Position numbers and translations under genes: made by a program. Of a stretch of DNA of 64,000 bases, positions 56,801-64,000 are shown piece by piece. Below the pieces are notes generated by a model. The model worked only from the letters and a program-made list of their open reading frames with translations. It did not search any database and was not told the origin of the DNA. Each line of letters opens with the position of its first letter. Position 1 is the first letter of the stretch. The stretch spans positions 624,334-688,333 of the forward strand of contig JAXLYR010000002.1 of the NCBI GenBank assembly GCA_046351325.1. Reading direction: 5' to 3'. The DNA is from Polyangiaceae bacterium. GTDB lineage: Bacteria > Myxococcota_A > Polyangia > Polyangiales > Polyangiaceae.

Positions 56801-57733
56801 GACTACGCCGCGTCGGTGGGGATGAAGGACCGCGCCGGGCAGAAGACGGCGAACTGGGTCGACGGCACCGTTCAATCTCAGGTCACGCCGTTCAACATGT
56901 TCGCGGACGCGTTCCACAAGATGGACACGATGTTCGACGCGATCGAGGACGGCGCGCTCCGCAAGGCCCTCTGGCGGCGCGCCCGCTCGCAGATCGTCGA
57001 TGTTTTCCTCGCGACCGAGGGCACCGGATCGGGCACGCACTTCAAGATTCGCGGCACGGGTCCGCTGCTCAAGACGACGCTGCGACTCGTTCGCGAGCAG
57101 CTGAACGCGCACTGCCCCGACCGCGAGAACGGCGTGCCCTGCACGTGGGCGAAGGATGGGCTCGCGCAGAGCCTCGCCGACACGCTGAGCTCGCCGCTCG
57201 TCGCGGCGATGATCGACCTCTTGGAGAAGGTCCGGCAAGACGAGAACGGCCGTCGCGCGCTCGAGCGGTTCGCGACGTACCTGCTCGAGAACACGAGCGG
57301 TGACGCGCTCCAAGCGACGCTCGCGTCGATGGTCGACGCGATGCAGGTGCTCGCCGACGACGAGAAGCTCGTCCCCATCATGAAGGCCGCGAGCGTGGCG
57401 CTCGAGCCCGATCGGGGCGCGGCGGACACGACCATCAAGATGCTGAAGGCCCTCTCGAGCGACGAATACGATCGCTACCACGTGCTCGACACGGTCCTCG
57501 GCAACCTCGTGCGCCCGCTCCCCGGCGACGACGGTCAGCCCGGGCTCTCGCCGCTCGAGGTCATGATGGAGACCATCTCCGAGGTGAACCGCGAGGATCC
57601 GACGGACCCGATCGCGCCGCTCGATTCGACCGACTACGGCAACATCATGAACGTCGTGCGCGACTTCATGCTCAGCAAGACGCGCGGCCTCGAGCAAATC
57701 TACGACATCGTCCGAAAGCGAAAGCGCAAGTGA
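53885..57733 (+). CDS. giant (1282 aa) secreted lipoprotein of unknown function
   Basis: Signal peptide plus lipobox (ALSGAVAAGSACHEP) and balanced composition throughout, with no domain I recognise. Its stop overlaps the GTG start of the FadL-like gene (GTGA). Confidence 0.7.
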   Translation: MEHLLMLSFRRFSPRARRVFTSVARAIALSGAVAAGSACHEPLDTSRPPAVIATFGDDLYGVMCDRLAADLFQEDVTGASYQAVCHYDDTGAYGDEIDESVLPAPSNNAAKEARRISLAKMAALVRRRSDLVKAFNAVFPDVDIDDPTTEDTSDKVNLLTAMMDLSQHLSILYEEDPYNDGPVGTNGLAPQATEGLGAVFDSMGKSDDAKAMLTRMWARRGYRPANVGLGIVRPSLDYPNLRDFTTNAVTLLGPDGAAEWQLKGLLAVMKQEMAYMKPEIAGLPELVVDNAKAQPNRPRTTIELLRELMLTEDDAFAPTPEEPARYIALRDRRGYVVPASAATIFSDSDGDGYADVDGFGRFVDAGGSPITVDTPFLIPGIEPLASVDEYGRPSGDVYRYVDTSRTPAASLSSVLAPLLDATQYATPGDPEAYKSEYETLMYALAGATVLLGDRADAEYDFDQDKVVPPGTNCESCMEYSRFRGENSPLVDLAYAAGQLLADKDSDALLLGLIDLLENHENEVARVLAAALRVKEISNEHDALAAQGQLPAAGLPYENPLWDQAAQVISQIAESPGLLDDLLGALADPVVVTPIGGSQHMGETLSLFASTRDGMTYDQNDLNGPALNTTDGGFSTADPHNPVDWNAARTGTNRSILEKSVQLIHDAAYARTCNKDGAVVKAALGPFTIDWPITGSYGQCELLEINDLAVLYFGAVLDPSHPKRTEFVLKDGTLNDIMDFLGVFGANEDDLMQQSSGIDGLTTHPGPSALNRLVFFGTDSDVYGGMPDRDFTNAGSTTDEFVFGLMEPAATSVCTGITCSSVNDTMRIRLRNSIFTWERRGFLDYLRPVITAFVNVSCSDDVTICDKTDFTGEHMFLDLADVFWSHYEGSDHGPECSTTVAKTDRRYCSGAGLNRYEPILDKALRTDMIPALHEFAVAVHDLSQVTIQRGPKAGQTLTGSQIMEMTARILLSQDYAASVGMKDRAGQKTANWVDGTVQSQVTPFNMFADAFHKMDTMFDAIEDGALRKALWRRARSQIVDVFLATEGTGSGTHFKIRGTGPLLKTTLRLVREQLNAHCPDRENGVPCTWAKDGLAQSLADTLSSPLVAAMIDLLEKVRQDENGRRALERFATYLLENTSGDALQATLASMVDAMQVLADDEKLVPIMKAASVALEPDRGAADTTIKMLKALSSDEYDRYHVLDTVLGNLVRPLPGDDGQPGLSPLEVMMETISEVNREDPTDPIAPLDSTDYGNIMNVVRDFMLSKTRGLEQIYDIVRKRKRK

Positions 57734-59394
57734 ACCCTCTGAAAAGGTACGCGCTCCTCCTCGTCCCTTCGCTTCTCTTCACCGCCGCGTATTCGACCGA
57801 GGCTCGCGCCTCCGGCTTCTACGCGACCGAGCGCGGCGTGAGGCCGCTCGGTCGTGGTGGCGCGTTCGTCGCGGGCGCCGACGACCTCGGGGCGATCGCT
57901 TACAACCCTGCAGGTATCTTCGGCGCGGGCTCACAGTTCTTCATCGACGGCAGCCTCCTCATCTTCGGGTCGGAGTACACGCGGCAAGCGCTCTTGCGAC
58001 AGGTCGATCCCAACACGGGCGAGACCGTCGCCACGTACGAGCAGACGTTCCCCACGGTCGAGGGCTCGGGCGCGCTCCTGCCGATCCCCACGCTTGCGGG
58101 GTCGTTCGCGCCGCACCCCGATTGGCGGGTCGCGCTCGGTGTGTTCGCGCCGAACGCGATCCTCCCCACGTACCCCGAAGAGGTCGAGGGCGGGCCAGCG
58201 CCGCAGCGCTATCAGCTCATCACGCTCGACGGCTCGGTCCTCGCGGTGCTCGGCCTCTACGCGGCGTGGCGGCCCATCGAACAGCTGCAGATCGGCCTCG
58301 GCTTCGAGCTCTTGCTCGGTTCTTTCACGAGCCGCCAAGTGCTGAGCGGCTGCTTGCCCGAGCGCTTCTTCTGCTCGCCCGAAGACCCCGAGTGGGATCT
58401 CCAGGCCGAGATCTCGGCCGCGCCGATCGTCGCGCCCTCCGGCAACCTCGGCCTCATCTGGGAGTTCTACAAAGGCTGGCGCGTCGGCGCTTCGTTCCAC
58501 CTGCCGTTCTACATCAACGCGCCGGCCACGCTGCACTCGCGCCTGCCGACCGCTGCGCCCTACCGCAACGCTGAACAGGAGGGCGAGGACGCGTCGCTCT
58601 CGTTCCAGCTCCCTTGGGAGATCCGCCTCGGTGTCGAGATGCGCGATCTCGTCGAGGGACTGCGCATCGAGATCGCCGCGGACTACGAGCACTGGGCGAT
58701 GCACGACAAGATCTCGGTCGAGCCTGATGACATCGCTGTCACCAACCTCCCGGGCTTCCCCCAAAAATATTACCTGCCCGAGATCGACATCCCGCGAAAC
58801 CTGCAGAGCACCATCGGCGCGATGATCGGCGCCGAGTACGAGATCAAGGTCAACGACACGATCCGCGTCACGCCGCGCCTCGGGTTCAGCTACGAGACCA
58901 GCGCCGTCCCCTCGGAGTACATGAGCGTGCTCCTGCTCGACGCGGGCAAGGCCACGCCCAGCGTCGGCCTGAGCTTGGGCATCGGCAGCGCCCGCTTCGA
59001 CCTCGTATACGCGCACCAGTTCACGCCGTCGGTCGAGGTCGATCCAGCGAAGGCGCAGCTCGCGCAGGTCGTGCCCGTCGCTGCGAACACGCCCGAGAAC
59101 CCCGACTTCGTGAACGGCGGCATCTACTCGTGGCACGTCGACGTCATCGGCCTCGGCTTCGCGTACACGTTCGAACCAGCCGCGCCGTACACGTCGTCGA
59201 GCGACCCGCCGAAGGAGCAGCCGAAGACCGAGGCGCCCGCAGAAGAACCGCCGAAGACGGAAGCGCCCGCGGCCGAGCCTCCGAAGGAGGAGCCGCCGAA
59301 GACGGAGCCCCCGAAGGAAGAGCCGAAGAAAGAGCAGCCCAAGAAAGAGCAGCCGAAGAAGACGCCGCCGCCGAAGACCGCGCCGAAGAAGTAA
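57730..59394 (+). CDS. FadL/OmpP1/TodX family outer-membrane channel with a C-terminal Pro/Lys/Glu-rich repeat tail
   Basis: Signal peptide and the FadL-like N-terminal pattern (SGFYATERGVRPLGRGGAFVAGADDLGAIAYNPAG). The C-terminal roughly 60 aa is PKTEAPAEEPPKTE...KKEQPKKEQPKK. Confidence 0.7.
   Translation: MNPLKRYALLLVPSLLFTAAYSTEARASGFYATERGVRPLGRGGAFVAGADDLGAIAYNPAGIFGAGSQFFIDGSLLIFGSEYTRQALLRQVDPNTGETVATYEQTFPTVEGSGALLPIPTLAGSFAPHPDWRVALGVFAPNAILPTYPEEVEGGPAPQRYQLITLDGSVLAVLGLYAAWRPIEQLQIGLGFELLLGSFTSRQVLSGCLPERFFCSPEDPEWDLQAEISAAPIVAPSGNLGLIWEFYKGWRVGASFHLPFYINAPATLHSRLPTAAPYRNAEQEGEDASLSFQLPWEIRLGVEMRDLVEGLRIEIAADYEHWAMHDKISVEPDDIAVTNLPGFPQKYYLPEIDIPRNLQSTIGAMIGAEYEIKVNDTIRVTPRLGFSYETSAVPSEYMSVLLLDAGKATPSVGLSLGIGSARFDLVYAHQFTPSVEVDPAKAQLAQVVPVAANTPENPDFVNGGIYSWHVDVIGLGFAYTFEPAAPYTSSSDPPKEQPKTEAPAEEPPKTEAPAAEPPKEEPPKTEPPKEEPKKEQPKKEQPKKTPPPKTAPKK
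59218..59390 (+). repeat. tandem short repeats encoding the PK(T/E)E(A)P tail of the FadL-like protein
   Basis: Repeated ccgaagac.ga.gc.cc / aagaaagagcagcc units read directly from the sequence. Confidence 0.5.
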
Positions 59395-59443
59395 CCCGAC
59401 CCTTTGGAAGCGCGCGGCCCTGCGGCTGTGCTACTCGGGCGCC

Positions 59444-59866
59444 ATGGCTGAGACGCTCACCGAGGAAGAGAAGCTCACGTTCGCCGGGTTGATCCGGGTG
59501 CTGGTTCGCCTCGACGGCTCGTTCAACGACGCGGAGCGCGCAGCGATCGAGGCGATCGGTGTCGAGCTGCTCGCGAGCACACCCGAGGCTTCGCCTTATC
59601 GCGACACCGTCGTCCCCGAGGACGGCGACGACGCGCCGCCCGCGACCGCCGAAGACGCCGTGTGGGATTGGATCGACCTCGCGGGTGAAGAGTGCTCCGG
59701 CGACGAAGCCGTGAAGAAGGCGGTGCTCGCGACCACCCGTCGTGAGGCGCAGCTCGCGATCTACGAGGCGCTCGAGGAGATCGCGGAGTCCGACTCGATT
59801 AGCGAGGGCGAGCTCACGCTGCTCGAGTTCGTTCGGACCGCGTGGAACATCCCCGCGGCCGAGTGA
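59444..59866 (+). CDS. TerB-like (tellurite resistance TerB / DjlA N-terminal-like) domain protein
   Basis: Pattern EKLTFAGLIRVLVRLDGSFNDAERAAIEAI. A small acidic protein. Confidence 0.45.
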   Translation: MAETLTEEEKLTFAGLIRVLVRLDGSFNDAERAAIEAIGVELLASTPEASPYRDTVVPEDGDDAPPATAEDAVWDWIDLAGEECSGDEAVKKAVLATTRREAQLAIYEALEEIAESDSISEGELTLLEFVRTAWNIPAAE

Positions 59867-61223
59867 TCGCCCGCGTGACGCGTTCGTGGTGATCGAGCGC
59901 GGTCGGGCCCCAGGACGTACGCGAGACAGGCGCCCCGACGAGCTCCTCGATGCGCGCTAGGAAGCGCTCCGCGGCGGGGTCGTCGGCGTCGCAAAAGGCA
60001 GGCAGCGCCTCGTAGCTGGGCCGCACGTGGGCGAGCCGCTCGGTGAAGGCCGCGCGCGCCGCGAGGTCGGCGACCTCGCCCGGAGCGAGGTCGAGGTCGT
60101 ACGCGACGGCGACGCGCAGAGGTGCGGTCGCGCCTCTTCGAGCGAGTCGATCGAGGCACGAGATCGCGAGCTCGCAGCCAGCCAATCCAGCCGCTGCGCA
60201 GGCGCTACGAAATGCGTAGCGCGCCGCGACCGCGTCGAACCAGCCCACGCGGAACGCGCCCTGGTAGCGGTGCGTGCCGTTGTGGAGCTCGGGGAGCTCG
60301 AGCTCGCGAGCCTCGGTCGGGAAGGGGCCCGCGCCGTGGCGCGTCGCGTACGCGCGCAAGACGCCGATGCAGCGCGGAGCGGGCAGGTGAGCCTCGCGCG
60401 CGAGCTCGAGCGCGTTCGCGAAGCCCGTGCGACTCGGCGTCACGTGGGGAAAGAAGCCGTAGTCGCGATCGAGGAGCATGCCTTGCGCGCCCTCGAAGAC
60501 GACGTGCTCTCCGGCCCCGAGTGGGACCTCACGAGTGACCTCCACCGAGCGCGCGAGGGCGATCAAAGCAGAAGCGAAGCGGCTCGGGAGGTCGCGATCG
60601 CGAAGGGCTGCGAGCTCTGTTTCGAGCTCTGTTTCGAGCGCGGGATCGAGTTCGGTCGCGCGCGCTGCGAGCAGCTGCTCGGCGAGGTCGAGCTTCATTC
60701 GGGCGAGCAAGGTGAGCTTGCGCACGAGCGCGCCCTCGTCGGCCGCGTCAGCGACGGTCACGGTGGGGAGCGCGCCCCGCTCCGCGTCGAGCAGCGCCTC
60801 GCCGACACCGAGGCCCACGCTGCCGTGTCGCGCCGCGCCCCGCGTGAGCTCGCGCACGCGGTTCATCGCGCGATGCGCGGGCGTCACGACGACGCAGCGC
60901 GGATCGAGGTGGAGTCGTTCGCGTGCGTCGTCGACGCCGAGGTCCGCGAGCACCGCAAGCTCACGCGCGAGCGCGAGTGGCTCGAGCGCGACGAACCGCG
61001 AGAGGAACGTGCGCACGCGAGGCACGAACGTCCCCGCGCCGAGCTGCGCGAAGCAGTGCATCCGCCCATCCGCTGTGACGACGTGGTGCGCGGCCTGCGG
61101 CCCGCCGTTGAATCGGACCACAAGCGACGCGCCCTCTTCGCGCACGAGCGCGTCGACGAGCGCGCCCTTCCCCTCGTCGCCGAACCCGAGGCCTGCGACG
61201 ACCCACGCGCTACTGCGATGCAC
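59814..61223 (-). CDS. purA: adenylosuccinate synthetase
   Basis: P-loop GFGDEGKGALVD near the N-terminus and a PurA-length C-terminal part. GTG start (VHRSSAWVVAGLGF). The track ORF 59814..62240 is a read-through of this frame into Arg/Ser-rich junk. Confidence 0.8.
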   Translation of the reverse strand: MHRSSAWVVAGLGFGDEGKGALVDALVREEGASLVVRFNGGPQAAHHVVTADGRMHCFAQLGAGTFVPRVRTFLSRFVALEPLALARELAVLADLGVDDARERLHLDPRCVVVTPAHRAMNRVRELTRGAARHGSVGLGVGEALLDAERGALPTVTVADAADEGALVRKLTLLARMKLDLAEQLLAARATELDPALETELETELAALRDRDLPSRFASALIALARSVEVTREVPLGAGEHVVFEGAQGMLLDRDYGFFPHVTPSRTGFANALELAREAHLPAPRCIGVLRAYATRHGAGPFPTEARELELPELHNGTHRYQGAFRVGWFDAVAARYAFRSACAAAGLAGCELAISCLDRLARRGATAPLRVAVAYDLDLAPGEVADLAARAAFTERLAHVRPSYEALPAFCDADDPAAERFLARIEELVGAPVSRTSWGPTALDHHERVTRAITRPRGCSTRSERTRAA

Positions 61224-62046
61224 CGCACGCTCCGCAGAACCGCGCGCCCGGCGCGAGGACGCTGCTGCATTCGGTGTTCTTGCAGGGCACAGTCGGGCCC
61301 GCGGCCGCGACCGCGATCGGCGTGGGTGGCGCGGGCGCCGCGCGTGAGGCCGCGACCCGCGACATCGCATCCATCGCGCGGCCGTACGCGTCGACCGCGC
61401 CGCCGTCGCGTCGCGCCGAGGCCTCGATCGACACCGCAGCGAGCCGCTCGAGTCGTTCGAGCTGAGCCTCGAGGAGCGCGCGCGTCTCGACCGCGTGGGC
61501 CTGATCGGCGCGTCGCGCCTCGTCTCCCGAGAGCGCCGCGGCGAAGGCCGCGCCCCACTCGGTGCGCGCGAGCTCGCTCGCTTGCGCGGCCAACATCTCG
61601 CGCTCGCCGAGGCCCGCGAGCGACGTGCGCAGCGCAAGCGCCTGCGCGTGCTCGTCCGCGGCGATCTGCCGGTCGAGCGCGGCCATTCGCTCGAGTTTGT
61701 CGAGCTGGCGTGCGTGCGCGCGCTGGGCTCGATCCTCCTCGAGTCGAGCGCGGTGCTCGTCCCGCGTGAGCTCCACGTCGAGGGCGCGCCCGAGCCGCAC
61801 GTACGCCGCGTCGTCGTGGCTGCGCCGCGCGATGTTGGATTCCACCTCGTGCGCGCGCGCTGCTTCCTCTCGAGCTCGAGCTCGAGCGCCCGTCGCGCGA
61901 CGAGCGCGTCGTGATCCTTCGCGGCGAGCTCGACCGAGCGCCCGGCCGCGGCGACTGCGAGGTCGCGCGCTGCGGATCGCTCCGCTGCTGCGCGATCGAG
62001 CTCGGCCACCTCGTTCGCGAGCGGCTCGGCGTCGTCGATCGGCCAT
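61210..62046 (-). CDS. coiled-coil protein with a C-terminal zinc ribbon (start uncertain)
   Basis: C-terminus PCKNTECSSVLAPGARFCGACG, preceded by a Glu/Arg/Ala coiled-coil-like region. The first roughly 50 aa of the track ORF are Arg-rich and may be upstream of the true start. Confidence 0.4.
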   Translation of the reverse strand: MADRRRRAARERGGRARSRSSGAIRSARPRSRRGRALGRARREGSRRARRATGARARAREEAARAHEVESNIARRSHDDAAYVRLGRALDVELTRDEHRARLEEDRAQRAHARQLDKLERMAALDRQIAADEHAQALALRTSLAGLGEREMLAAQASELARTEWGAAFAAALSGDEARRADQAHAVETRALLEAQLERLERLAAVSIEASARRDGGAVDAYGRAMDAMSRVAASRAAPAPPTPIAVAAAGPTVPCKNTECSSVLAPGARFCGACGASQ

Positions 62047-62097
62047 GCAGATCGCGGCCTCTTCGATACGCGCCGTCGAGCGCCGTCGCGGACTCCT

Positions 62098-63393
62098 TCA
62101 GCTTCGCGTCGCGCTCCACGCGCAGCGACGCAGGGCGAACCGCGAACGCGAGCTCCTCGAGCTCGGTCTCTTCGGCGCGCTCTTTCCCGGCCACGCGCGT
62201 TCGAGCAAGACCTCGTCGCGGGCGCGCTGGAGCTCGTCACGCGCGCCCAAGATCCACTCGCCGCGCACGTCGCGTACGTCGATGAGCGCGATCGACACGA
62301 GCACGAGTCCGTGGCTCGCGAGCGCTTGCTCGGCGGGGCCGCGCACGGCGCGCTCCACCGCGGTGAACCCGCCCGGATGCGTCAGATCCGCGAAGGTGAT
62401 GCAACGGAGCTCCCTCGAGAGCGCAGCGCCGAGCGCGGGCGCGATCGCGTCGGAGGCGAGCGCGTGGTCTTGGCCCTGCACGCGCACCACGAGATCGACC
62501 TCGAGTCGTAGATCGTCGCGTGTGAAGAGCGGCGCTGTCGCATCGGTCTCGGTCGCGGCGCCGAAGCGCAGGTTGCAGCTCGAGGTGCTCGTGAGTGGCG
62601 TCAGCACGACCGAGAAGCCGAGTCCGTGGTGTGCGAGCCGCTCCTCGAGCGCGCGCCGGATGGCGAGCTCGGCGGCCTCGTAGTCGAGCTCGCGGCCCTC
62701 CGCCGAGAGCCGCTCGAGCGCAGCGGTCGCGAGCGTCGCGACGTCGGGCCGCAGCCAGTCGTGGAGCTCTTGCGCGGTCAGCGCGGCGCGGGTGCCGAGC
62801 ACGTTCGCGAGGAAGCTCGCGAGGCCCTCTTTGTTACCGCGCTGTAAGCTGAACGAGACGATGACCTGCGTCTCGACGACGCGACCGTCTCTCTGCGGCC
62901 TGGTCTCGACCCGAAAAGGTACGAGCACCGGCCTGAGGTCGAGCAAGAAGAACGCTGTCCGCTGCCGACCGAGGAAGAACGCCTCGATCCGCTCGAAGAG
63001 CGTCATGCTGGTGCGCTCGCCCGGCGGCAAAACCCGCTCGATCAACCCGTCGACGACGACCACACCGATGGTCGAGACGGGCACCTCCACGACGCGCGAG
63101 CCGAGAAATGTACGGCAATCCTCTGGGTCGACGCGTCTCGCGAGCTCGCCTGGCGCGCGCTCCCAAACCCCGTCGATCACCGCGCCTTGCGGCGCGCTGC
63201 CACCATCGGATGGTGTCCAGGCAGCGCCCGACATCGGCGCGCCGCACCCCATACAGTACTGGTGCGTAAGCGGTTGCGGCGTGCTGCATCGCGAGCAGAC
63301 CACGCGCGGCTCGACGCTCTTGCCACATCGCGTGCAGAACCGGCAGCCAGCGTCGTTGTCGCTGCCGCACGCGACACACGAAATGCGTGTCAT
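62098..63393 (-). CDS. double zinc-ribbon protein with a possible SPFH/band-7-like domain
   Basis: N-terminal CVACG..CRFCTRCG and CSRCS..CMGCG motifs. The downstream domain is loosely SPFH-like (very uncertain). Confidence 0.55.
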   Translation of the reverse strand: MTRISCVACGSDNDAGCRFCTRCGKSVEPRVVCSRCSTPQPLTHQYCMGCGAPMSGAAWTPSDGGSAPQGAVIDGVWERAPGELARRVDPEDCRTFLGSRVVEVPVSTIGVVVVDGLIERVLPPGERTSMTLFERIEAFFLGRQRTAFFLLDLRPVLVPFRVETRPQRDGRVVETQVIVSFSLQRGNKEGLASFLANVLGTRAALTAQELHDWLRPDVATLATAALERLSAEGRELDYEAAELAIRRALEERLAHHGLGFSVVLTPLTSTSSCNLRFGAATETDATAPLFTRDDLRLEVDLVVRVQGQDHALASDAIAPALGAALSRELRCITFADLTHPGGFTAVERAVRGPAEQALASHGLVLVSIALIDVRDVRGEWILGARDELQRARDEVLLERAWPGKSAPKRPSSRSSRSRFALRRCAWSATRS

Positions 63394-63497
63394 CGAATGA
63401 AACCCTCCCCGCCGAGGGTTCTAGGGCGCGCCTTTGACCTTTGCAGGGCTGGAAAACTGCGGGCGCTGGCCCTATTGGCGGTCCCTCGCGTTCGCGC

Positions 63498-63926
63498 TCA
63501 CTCGTGTTTCGGTTGGAATGAGTCGCAAATGTCGCGAGCGGTTTCGACTTCATCGTCGTTCAAGTAACCGCGGCGATGCCAGGCCGCGCATCGGAGGTGA
63601 CGCGTCCCATCGGCGAAACAGTAGCTCGTGGAGCGTGAGCGTTCGCGCATCACGCCGTCCCGGTCCTGTTGACGGCTCCCTCCATGGGTCGGCTTCCATT
63701 CGGAGCACGGCCCCCGCGTGGACGTGCTGGTTTCGATCACCACGACCCAGCCGTCGCGCGTCGACTTCTCCCAGCGGTGGTGCTGTTCGTCGACGATCTG
63801 GAGCGTTAGGTCGGGGGGAAGCCGAACGCTGTAGGGAATCCCCTCGATGGTGGCGTGCGCCGCGCTGTCCGCTTCACAGGCGACGAGGCTCAGGCAACCC
63901 ACGACGAGATGCGATAGACGGCGCAT
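63498..63926 (-). CDS. small hypothetical lipoprotein
   Basis: Start at the internal M (MRRLSHLVVGCLSLVACEAD) giving a lipobox. Confidence 0.45.
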   Translation of the reverse strand: MRRLSHLVVGCLSLVACEADSAAHATIEGIPYSVRLPPDLTLQIVDEQHHRWEKSTRDGWVVVIETSTSTRGPCSEWKPTHGGSRQQDRDGVMRERSRSTSYCFADGTRHLRCAAWHRRGYLNDDEVETARDICDSFQPKHE

Positions 63927-64000
63927 GTCCCAGCCCCGTTTGGCATTCCCCATGCCACGGAGCTCTCCCACGGTTTGGCGGTGGCCCGCTGCGGCACTCG

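Noticed and set aside
59814-62240. 808-aa track ORF spanning purA and upstream sequence
   Set aside because: Only the C-terminal 469 aa match PurA (P-loop GFGDEGKG near the new N-terminus). The upstream roughly 340 aa are Arg/Ser-rich read-through of the same frame. A different frame (61210..62046) carries the plausible zinc-ribbon gene.
1-64000. CRISPR arrays, tRNA/rRNA genes, IS elements/transposases, integrases
   Set aside because: There are no evenly spaced direct repeats. No tRNA T-loop-like GGTTCGAATCC motifs were found in the intergenic regions I scanned by eye. No transposase or integrase motifs were seen in any ORF. Absence is by manual inspection only.

Overview
This window looks like a ~70% GC myxobacterial (Sorangiineae-like) chromosomal segment (GC judged by eye, not computed), dense with secreted lipoproteins that share a recurring C-G-D-D lipobox context. 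I found no rRNA, tRNA, CRISPR array or transposase. Most long ORFs on the opposite strand or in other frames are Arg/Ser-rich high-GC artefacts and were discarded.

Housekeeping anchors:
- a sugar ABC transporter operon (substrate-binding protein, ATPase, permease)
- tandem UspA and a small heat-shock protein (Hsp20)
- an MmgE/PrpD-family protein, a GMC oxidoreductase, holA, ribA, glmU and purA
- TetR and LysR regulators

Accessory or unusual content:
1. A split VgrG-like spike locus (30950..36441). A truncated gp27/gp5-OB VgrG gene is followed by a 1281-aa protein whose C-terminus carries VgrG/DUF2345-like beta-helical repeats behind a ~800-aa domain of unknown function. Two lipoproteins follow, one lysozyme/SLT-like. 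A RavA/ViaA-like MoxR AAA+ / VWA pair abuts it divergently. No other T6SS or eCIS core gene is in the window.
2. A tightly coupled operon of ADP-ribosylglycohydrolase, HAD phosphatase and PNPOx-like FMN protein, joined by GTGA stop/start overlaps.
3. An LRR gene plus a decayed internally deleted copy of itself, flanking an AT-richer lipoprotein gene.
4. A 1282-aa lipoprotein translationally coupled to a FadL-family outer-membrane channel with a Pro/Lys-rich repeat tail.
5. A DUF1552/DUF1592 (CxxCH) pair.
6. A DUF4159 plus BatA-like transmembrane protein pair.
7. A TetR / ABC1-kinase divergent pair whose 48-bp intergenic region is a nested palindrome containing both start codons.

All coordinates derive from the ORF track plus residue-offset arithmetic. 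All functions are inferred from motifs I recognise by eye; no database search was run.
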